A DNA stretch of 64,000 nt from Diplonema japonicum. Its lineage: Eukaryota > Protista > Euglenozoa: Diplonemea. The stretch covers positions 186,001 to 250,000 of the forward strand of contig OZ025740.1 in NCBI GenBank assembly GCA_964019335.1. Reading direction: 5' to 3'. The notes beneath the pieces were generated by a model, which was given only the letters and a program-made list of their open reading frames with translations, had not been told where the DNA came from and ran no database searches. A program made the translations under genes and the position numbers. Positions 56,434 to 64,000 of this stretch are shown piece after piece. Each line of letters opens with the position of its first letter. The stretch's first letter is position 1.

Positions 56434-58563
56434 TCAGTATAGAAAATCGGTCACTCCTGAGATGCCATGAATGCTGTAGGTGTTCTTCCCCACTGTGACC
56501 GTCCTTTTGAGTTCGCACTTCATGCCCAGAACATTGCAGGTCTCCGCCACCGTCCCATACAGGCAGAACACATCCCCGCCCCTCGCCTCCGTGCACAGCA
56601 TCGATGACAGTTCCACACACTCCCCGAGAACAGCCACGTACTTCTGAGAAGCCGTCCCCACTGTCCCGTGCCGTACTGCACTCGTCGACAGGCCCACAGC
56701 CATCGACTTCAGTCTTTCGCTGTGCTGAGTGGTTGCTTGGAGCATCCCAACAAACGCAAGGGAGTTCTCCACATGGGTTTGGCAGGTGCGTGACGTGTTC
56801 CACCCCACCGCCACCCTGCTCCCCTGAAGTGACACGATCACCCCGTGAGACCTCTCGCTGCACACGTACACCCGAGACAGCATCTCGTTCATTACGAAGC
56901 TCACCTCCATGTCCATGAGCTTGCTACATTGGATCTCAACATGGCCCACACTCCCCGTCTTGTGTTGAAGAACCTCGGTAACGAGACCTACGCTTGAAAA
57001 GTTGGATGTACGATCAGAAGAGCCATTGTCGCTTGTGTACTTTCTTTTAGTTTTTCGGTTCAGACATTGCTCAACATAAGACCGCCGCCCCTCCAAACCC
57101 TGCGGAAGCAGGATGAAGGGCCGCGTCACTTCCAGACCTTTCAGAACAGTGTTCCCCATTGCTATGACACACACAGTCCCAAGGTCCCCAACCTCATCCA
57201 TCACCTCGGGGGTCACAGCGACAGCACCAGCCGCACACACCCCTTCCATCCGAGACGCCTTGTTCACAGTGCCCCCGAAGTAGTCGTACCTCCCTGTCAA
57301 CTCGTTCATCTGAACTTCCACCTCACCACAGTGAACCCCAACACGAACCCTGAGCCCACACCAAGGGCCATCGTCCTGACGGGAACAGCGATCAAGTAAA
57401 AGGAGGCTTAGAGGCCAACTGCCGACAACAAGATCTTCTTGAAGAGAGAGACCGAAGGAGACAGCCGAGGCCGCTGTCTCAAAGGCTACCATGAAGGCGT
57501 CCCCAATGGTCTTCACCTCGTAGCCCCCCTCACACACAATGCAACTTCGGATGACCTTGTTGTGAACCTGAAGTGCCTCCTTCATCCCCTCGGGACATGC
57601 CTCCCACAACCCAGTCGACCCTTGGATGTCTGTGAAGACAAGTGAAGCACGGCCCGTCTCCTTCCCAGGTGCCACAAAGGTCGGCAGGCTTCCAGAACCA
57701 AATGTATCTGCCTCAGTGTGCATCTTGTAAAAAAGTGCATCAGGGAGGTAGGGACGGTACTCAGTGAGGTTGGAGAGGATGCTCTCGAAGGCGTCGTGGA
57801 GGGGTAGGGGGAGGGATGAGGTGCTGATGATCTCCTCCGCGGACTGCAGGTCGAAGCGTGACAGGGCGACAGCAATCTCCTCGGTGGCGGTGATCACGTT
57901 CAGCATAGTTTTTCGTTCCTTTTGAAGGTCTGAAGCAAAGCCACGCGTGAAGTAGAAGTCCAGGAGGAAGATCGATACTTGGGCCCCAAATATGCTGAGC
58001 ACAGTAAAAAGGTCCCTTTTGCACGGTGGATGGGCACAGTCGCATTGTTGTTTCCTCTCGTGGTAGGGGGGGAGGAAGGGCTCGGGGGCATCGAGCATGC
58101 CGAAGCGGAAGATTTCTTCAATAGAAGATAAAACGAGCCAGGTGAGGACCATCGCAATGAGGTTCCTGTTCACACGGACAGGGAGGTTGCACACAAGCGC
58201 CACGTCTATAAATAGAATAAAGATAGACCAGATCCGAGACTTGCTGCTTGCTTGATTCAGGCAGTCGGTAAGCACAGCACAAAAGCCCATGACATAAAGC
58301 ACAGCCTCTATTGAGGTATGTTGCATTCTCTTCTGCACCAACAAGCGCACTGCCACAAACCCCATCGCTAGAAGAGCAGGCGCAGGGAACATAACAGTAG
58401 TCCAATCATGCAATAGCATGAAAACTGCACATGGCCATCCTGCGAAATTCATAAGAAGGATGATCTTCTTTTTGAACACTGTGATAGGGTCGTCCTCAGG
58501 AAGCAGGACCCCCCGAAGCAATCTGTTAAGGATATCGTTCATGAGTTTCAGCATGATTCTCAT
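56434..58563 (-). CDS. Adenylate cyclase-like protein, copy 4
   Basis: 709 aa with the class III cyclase motifs of copy 1. Confidence 0.92.
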   Translation of the reverse strand: MRIMLKLMNDILNRLLRGVLLPEDDPITVFKKKIILLMNFAGWPCAVFMLLHDWTTVMFPAPALLAMGFVAVRLLVQKRMQHTSIEAVLYVMGFCAVLTDCLNQASSKSRIWSIFILFIDVALVCNLPVRVNRNLIAMVLTWLVLSSIEEIFRFGMLDAPEPFLPPYHERKQQCDCAHPPCKRDLFTVLSIFGAQVSIFLLDFYFTRGFASDLQKERKTMLNVITATEEIAVALSRFDLQSAEEIISTSSLPLPLHDAFESILSNLTEYRPYLPDALFYKMHTEADTFGSGSLPTFVAPGKETGRASLVFTDIQGSTGLWEACPEGMKEALQVHNKVIRSCIVCEGGYEVKTIGDAFMVAFETAASAVSFGLSLQEDLVVGSWPLSLLLLDRCSRQDDGPWCGLRVRVGVHCGEVEVQMNELTGRYDYFGGTVNKASRMEGVCAAGAVAVTPEVMDEVGDLGTVCVIAMGNTVLKGLEVTRPFILLPQGLEGRRSYVEQCLNRKTKRKYTSDNGSSDRTSNFSSVGLVTEVLQHKTGSVGHVEIQCSKLMDMEVSFVMNEMLSRVYVCSERSHGVIVSLQGSRVAVGWNTSRTCQTHVENSLAFVGMLQATTQHSERLKSMAVGLSTSAVRHGTVGTASQKYVAVLGECVELSSMLCTEARGGDVFCLYGTVAETCNVLGMKCELKRTVTVGKNTYSIHGISGVTDFLY

Positions 58564-58673
58564 GAAGCCCTTCCCCCGCCTCCTTTATTTTTTTATTGGT
58601 GAGAGTGCGATGACAATTAAAATACATTTGTTTTGAAGTTCAAACCCGCCTGTAAAGGGGGGAAATGTTTCAA

Positions 58674-60782
58674 CTATTGTGAGGCGAAAGTTAAGCATGC
58701 GTTATCTCGTTTTGAGATCGCGAACATATTATAGGTAGACTTCCCTAAACAGACCGTTTTTTCCCTTTGGTGGATAGACATGCCCAGAACATTGCAGGTC
58801 TCCGCCACCGTCCCATACAGGCAGAACACATCCCCGCCCCTCGCCTCCGTGCACAGCATCGATGACAATTCCATGCACTCCCCGATAACAGCTAAGAATT
58901 TTTGCGCCACTGCCTTCACCACGCCGTGCCGTAATGCGCTCGTAGATAGACCGACTGTTATAGGTAATCGTGTAGCAGCATTAAGCATCCCCACAAACGC
59001 AAGGGAGTTCTCCACATGGGTCGGGCAGACTCGTGACGTGTTCCACCCCACCGCCACCCTGCTCCCCTGAAGTGACACGATCACCCCGTGAGACCTCTCG
59101 CTGCACATGTACACCCGTGTCAGCATCTCGTTCATCACAAACGTCGCTTCTAAACCTTCTTGTTCAAAGGTGATATCCACCTGCCCCACGCTACCCGACG
59201 ACCTGAGCAACAAGCTTGGGACTTGACACGCGGAACTTCCGCCGCTTCCAAACCTACGTGAGCTGCTGGTTGACTCTCTCTCAATTTGCCTCCCATGCTC
59301 ACTCTCTCTTCTTTTTATTTGCTGATCTACGTAAGGCCGCCGCCCCTCCAAACCCTGCGGAAGCAGGAGGAAAGGTGTCACCTTTTCGAGACCTTTCAGA
59401 ACAGTGTCCCCCATTGCTATGACACACACAGTCCCAAGGTCCCCAACCTCATCCATCACCTCGGGGGTCACAGCGACAGCACCAGCCGCACACACCCCTT
59501 CCATCCGAGCCGCCTTGTTCACAGTGCCCCCGAAGTAGTCGTACCTCCCTGTCAACTCGTTCATCTGAAGTTCCACCTCACCACAGTGAACCCCAACACG
59601 AACCCTGAGCCCACACCAAGGGCCATCGTCCTGATGGGAACAGTGCTCAAGACGCAGGATTGCCTTCGGCCAGGGTGCCTCCACCAAGTCTTCCTGAAGA
59701 GAGAGACCGAAGGAGACAGCCGAGGCCGCTGTCTCAAAGGCTACCATGAAGGCGTCCCCAATGGTCTTCACCTCGTAGCCCCCCTCACACACAATGCAAC
59801 TTCGGATGACCTTGTTGTGAACCTGAAGTGCCTCCTTCATCCCCTCGGGACATGCCTCCCACGTGGCAGTCGACCCTTGGATGTCTGTGAAGACAAGTGA
59901 AGCACGGCCCGTCTCCTTCCCGGGTGCAGTTCTTAATCTCATTCCACTTGATTGCCGTCTGCTTTCAAAGTGTAAAGTATGAAAGAGCGCGTCAGGGAGG
60001 TAGGGACGGTACTCAGTGAGGTTGGAGAGGATGCTCTCGAAGGCGTCGTGGAGGGGTAGGGGGAGGGATGAGGTGCTGATGATCTCCTCCGCGGACTGCA
60101 GGTCGAAGCGTGACAGGGCGACAGCAATCTCCTCGGTGGCGGTGATCACGTTCAGCATAATCTTCCGTTCCTTTTGAAGGTCCGAAGCGAAACCACGCGT
60201 GAAGTAGAAATCAAGGAGAAAGACCGTCACTTGCATGGCAAACACGGTATAGACGAAGAATGGTTCCCTTGCGCAAGGTGGGCGACTGCATGAAACATAA
60301 CTGAGCCGAGTGGCATACGAGTCGGTTAGAGGATAGTAATCATCAAGAAGACCGAAGCGCTGCCATTCCTCAGTAGCGGTCAGAAGAAGCCAAACGATAG
60401 CTAGGGAGATGAGGTTCCTGTTCACACGGACAGGGAGATGGCACACCAGGGTTACGTCTAGAAGAATAACCAAGAGAGACCACGTGCGTTCATCCTGCGC
60501 CGACGCCTGCTTCCAGTCAAGAAGCAGGACACTCGCAGCTACAGAATATACCATACCCTCTATTGCCGAGTTACTTACTTTCTGCTGGACCAACATGATG
60601 ATTATAACATACATGCAAGCCACGATAGCAGGGATTGTCATAATGAAGCCGTATAGCGATGTCAGAAGCAAAAAGAATGATAGCACGACGGTCACGACGC
60701 AGAAGGTGAGCGTCAGCTTCTTCTTGAACGCGGTGAAGGAATCGTCATCGGGGTGCAGCACCCTTTGCAGCAGAGAAAACAT
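58674..60782 (-). CDS. Adenylate cyclase-like protein, copy 5 (most divergent)
   Basis: 702 aa with the class III cyclase motifs of copy 1. Confidence 0.92.
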   Translation of the reverse strand: MFSLLQRVLHPDDDSFTAFKKKLTLTFCVVTVVLSFFLLLTSLYGFIMTIPAIVACMYVIIIMLVQQKVSNSAIEGMVYSVAASVLLLDWKQASAQDERTWSLLVILLDVTLVCHLPVRVNRNLISLAIVWLLLTATEEWQRFGLLDDYYPLTDSYATRLSYVSCSRPPCAREPFFVYTVFAMQVTVFLLDFYFTRGFASDLQKERKIMLNVITATEEIAVALSRFDLQSAEEIISTSSLPLPLHDAFESILSNLTEYRPYLPDALFHTLHFESRRQSSGMRLRTAPGKETGRASLVFTDIQGSTATWEACPEGMKEALQVHNKVIRSCIVCEGGYEVKTIGDAFMVAFETAASAVSFGLSLQEDLVEAPWPKAILRLEHCSHQDDGPWCGLRVRVGVHCGEVELQMNELTGRYDYFGGTVNKAARMEGVCAAGAVAVTPEVMDEVGDLGTVCVIAMGDTVLKGLEKVTPFLLLPQGLEGRRPYVDQQIKRRESEHGRQIERESTSSSRRFGSGGSSACQVPSLLLRSSGSVGQVDITFEQEGLEATFVMNEMLTRVYMCSERSHGVIVSLQGSRVAVGWNTSRVCPTHVENSLAFVGMLNAATRLPITVGLSTSALRHGVVKAVAQKFLAVIGECMELSSMLCTEARGGDVFCLYGTVAETCNVLGMSIHQREKTVCLGKSTYNMFAISKRDNACLTFASQ

Positions 60783-60784
60783 TT

Positions 60785-60824
<40 letters not shown>

Positions 60825-61103
60825 TTTTCCCCTTCTGAACAGGAAGCAGAAGATCGCTTAAAGGATGTTGAATGAAAAAAGAAAGATATTTAAGGTTTTG
60901 CGTTTTATCAGCAAAGTGTGTGGATTCAAAAAGGAAATGGGGCGGGGCGGGGGGGAAACCCTATTGAGGACCACAAACAAGAAGAAAAAAAAATAAGAGA
61001 GAAACCAAGAGAAAGAGAGGGACAAAAAAAAAAAGAAGAAGAAAAAGAAAGCACACGAAGAACGATTCAATTGCACCTCAGACACGGGTTAAAAAAAAAA
61101 AAG

Positions 61104-61163
<60 letters not shown>

Positions 61164-61403
61164 TGCTTTAAAAAAAGAAAAAAGAATAGTTACGAATAGG
61201 TAGGAAATATAATTCCGCCTTTTCTTTCTTTTTTTTTTTTTTTTTTTCTTTCTTTTCTTTTTCATCAAAGTGGCGAAAATTTTAATTCCTAGCTAGAATT
61301 TATTTCTGAATACGAAGCTATGGAACACGTCCCTTTTAAGAAAAAAAAGGGAGGGGGAGGGGGGACATGGCGGCACCTAAAACAAACAAATGACACACAA
61401 CAG

Positions 61404-62038
61404 TTAACCCTAGATACCGAACAGGCCAGGGTATACTGCTCCCAGACCGACCCCTCCGGATAGTAACCGATGTTCTTTTTCTTATCGTCACGCTTATCGA
61501 ATCCCACGAGGTCCCCATCTCAATACTGTGGGAGGACGCATTGCCCCTTGCATTCACCGCGCCTTTAAAGTCAGTCTACACTGTTGTTCATTCGCTCTTC
61601 ATCCTTCTGTCGTCTAGAACGGCCGCCCTCAATGGGTACCAGCTGATTGACGCTGATCTCAGAACTGTGAGGAAGGCTTATTTGTCGGGGTGGTTTTGGT
61701 TTGACATTCTGTCTTCTCTTCCGTACGATCTCATGTTTGTTGAAACGCGGTTGGGGCCGTTCTTCGCACTGCCGAGAATGTGCCATGCGATTCGAGTGAA
61801 GAGTCTTTTCAAGACAGCCAATCCGTTAAAAGCACGATCGTCATGGGTATCAACAGTACTCGCAGTTTTCTGGGCGCTGTGGACGCTGAACATCATCAGC
61901 GTCCTCTTCCTTGTAGTTGAAGAAAAATATTCGACCGACCTGTCAGGTGGGTCCAGAAATCCGGACAATTTTTCTATGCTTCACATAGATACGTACTTGG
62001 AAGGGTACTACTGGGCAGCGATAACTATTTCTTCTGTC
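61404..62038 (+). pseudogene. Fragment or exon of a CNG/EAG-family ion channel (S1 to pore helix)
   Basis: ILLPDRPLRIVTD, VRKAYLSGWFWFDILSSLPYD and YLEGYYWAAITISSV. Similarity stops where GYGD is expected. Confidence 0.65.
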
Positions 62039-62651
62039 AGAGAGTCACAGAGACAATTATGTGGTGCACAACAGCTCCATCAGAAAAAAAAAGGGGGGAT
62101 GTGTAAAGATTTAACCCATAAGAAAAGAAAAATGAATATTTTCTGATGCTCTGTTTTTTTTGTTTTCTTGTTTTTTTTTTTTTTTTTGTTCCCACTATAT
62201 TTGTCCCTATGGCAACTTCGGTACGGTACGGCCACAGGGGGAAGAAAAAAAAGGGGGGGGTGGAAGGGGGGTGGAAATATTTTCGAATCGAATTCACAGC
62301 GCAGCTGTACCGCGAGCATCGTGAGATGCCACGGGGGGCTCTGCTTCATTTTTTTTTTTCTTCTTCTTTTCTTTCTCATTCTTTCATTTTCCGTGTTTTG
62401 TTAAATCGCCAGCGATGTACTGGGACATCTTGAAGAAGGTTCATAAAAAAAAGAAGAAAAAAAACTATTCTTTAAAGGTATGCGGTTTTGCGCTCCACCG
62501 GCCGAGCTGCGCTTAGTCCCCGTTGTCCCCGTTCTGGGGGCTCTGCCGGGTTCCTACTGCGGTGGTCAAACTGCGGGGCAGTCTTGTCGGGGTCTGCGAT
62601 AGGTACCTGTCCCGCAAGCCTTCGACTACTCACAGAAAAAAAGAAGAAATA

Positions 62652-63998
62652 TTACAGGTTCACTGTTGTGTACCCTTGACGTTCAAACAACAACAGCGAA
62701 ACTGAGCTCCTGGCAGTTCCCTCAGACGTCAGCGTAACGAGGCCGTAGTCGATCGCGTCACCGGAAACAACCGCGGCGTCGAACTGAGAGAAGATATTTT
62801 CCTGTACCTTCCGCCTGGCGCCTGTGAAAAAAACGTAAGCCTCCGTCAGAATATCTAAAAAGAACTTCAGAGCCACGCAACTAAGCACGATGAGAAACAC
62901 CACACTGGCCGCTCTAAACGGCCAGAAAAGCAAGTCTTCAGAGTAATAACCTGCTGCAGTGAGTACCGCTCCAACACTAGACAGACCCAGGCAGAAACCA
63001 TCAGCGCTGGTGTCCCTCTGCCTAGCATGCGGCCTGAGGTAAAGCTCCAACAAGAACAGAACAAAAAAGACCAATGCAGAGAATAACCGCACGTGCCCAC
63101 ATCCCACCCACGACGAAACCTCCACCGCAGTGAGCCCCGCAAGGGTAAAGCTGCCCAGACATTCTATCACAGAAAACCATGCCAGATCCTGCCTGTACGT
63201 CCTCACCACCGAGGCGTATCGATTGGCCCAATGGGTGTCTCTATGCAACGATGCCCACTCCCCAGCTCCTATGAACGGGACCCACAATGGTCTCCTGTTC
63301 GTATCTACGGCATAGACAGCCTTTGTCGGTACATTAGCCCTTACGTCTATAAAGACCTTTAGAGGTACCGCTAAGCATAGGAGAAGGGCAGAGGTTCCCA
63401 AGGCGAGTTCCCACATGGACGGGGGATGCATCAGCAACCTCATTCCTCCTAATGCCGTGCCCTGGTAGAACATGTTGAAGATTAGAAGCGGTGCTGACGG
63501 GAACCGCATCGCACCCTGCGCATCGAGGCCTTCAAAGACCTTTGGTAGAAGGCGTGCGCCTCCATATGCGGCTGTCTGCACTAAGAGGAAGCAGGAAACG
63601 CCGAAGCTTACGGTGAGCACGAGGTTCCCCACCACCATCCCTGTGTACTCACTCCCGCCCACACGCAGCCTTGTCGGGTGTAGCATCCAGGGGAGGTCGT
63701 CCTCTTCTCCGTAGATTGTGCACTTCGCGCTCGCCAGCATCAGCATTGTCACCCCCCCAGCCCCTCCTCCCGCTGCCAGCCCGATAACAGCCACCGACCC
63801 CATCCTGTCAAGAACCTCCCTGTTCTGCAGCACTTCGGGAGCCGACGTACGCGGGACCTGAGTGCTTGACATCCGCAAAGGCACCTCCGTGGTCATGGGA
63901 ACAGGGCCAGGCGTGCTTGGCACAGAGGTCGTCCCAGCCGTTGTGGCGTCGTCGGGGTTTGCGAAATGGGCGGGGCAGGTGCAAGCGTGCCTGGAGCA
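62652..63998 (-). CDS. Multi-pass surface protein related to 16757-19834 (5' end beyond window)
   Basis: Frame is open to the window edge. Shares the GGAG helix, LPWMLHP (cf. LDWEFHP), FYQGT and QDLAWF motifs. Confidence 0.85.
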   Translation of the reverse strand, partial: CSRHACTCPAHFANPDDATTAGTTSVPSTPGPVPMTTEVPLRMSSTQVPRTSAPEVLQNREVLDRMGSVAVIGLAAGGGAGGVTMLMLASAKCTIYGEEDDLPWMLHPTRLRVGGSEYTGMVVGNLVLTVSFGVSCFLLVQTAAYGGARLLPKVFEGLDAQGAMRFPSAPLLIFNMFYQGTALGGMRLLMHPPSMWELALGTSALLLCLAVPLKVFIDVRANVPTKAVYAVDTNRRPLWVPFIGAGEWASLHRDTHWANRYASVVRTYRQDLAWFSVIECLGSFTLAGLTAVEVSSWVGCGHVRLFSALVFFVLFLLELYLRPHARQRDTSADGFCLGLSSVGAVLTAAGYYSEDLLFWPFRAASVVFLIVLSCVALKFFLDILTEAYVFFTGARRKVQENIFSQFDAAVVSGDAIDYGLVTLTSEGTARSSVSLLLFERQGYTTVNL

Positions 63999-64000
63999 GG

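Noticed and set aside
49011-60782. Diversity-generating retroelement (RT next to variable paralogs)
   Set aside because: The RT is LINE-type (YADD, frameshifted downstream), and no template/variable repeat pair with adenine-specific changes is visible.
35419-60861. Recurrent antisense and alternate-frame ORFs within cyclase genes
   Set aside because: They recur only because the underlying DNA is duplicated.
1-64000. tRNA, rRNA or spliced-leader RNA genes
   Set aside because: None recognisable by eye; a covariance-model scan would be needed to exclude them.

Overview
This is eukaryotic protist DNA with very long A/T/G/C homopolymer runs between genes. Nearly all host genes lie on the minus strand, and the few introns found are tiny GT-AG introns. 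The unidirectional gene cluster, the tandem membrane-bound class III cyclases and the Cys/PT-rich multi-pass surface proteins fit a euglenozoan (diplonemid-like) genome, though this is inference. The left half holds host genes: a PAN/Apple secreted protein missed by the ORF track, an F-box/LRR protein, a PPR protein, a DUF1640/CCDC90-like protein, two pseudokinases (one fused to a receiver domain), a Cys-rich multi-TM protein and two SnoaL-like/CCCH paralogs. The right half holds five full adenylate-cyclase-like genes plus one fragment, with near-identical catalytic cores and divergent, mosaic membrane N-termini. A transposon cluster interrupts this array: piggyBac elements of four TIR families (one family carrying cargo), an unclassified long-TIR DDE element, a near-intact hAT element and a LINE. 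The most notable signals are the cargo-carrying piggyBac family, LINE copies flanked by sense-strand poly(T) instead of poly(A), genome-encoded poly(A) leaders abutting start codons, and the mosaic cyclase array. Some frameshifts and homopolymer lengths may be long-read errors.
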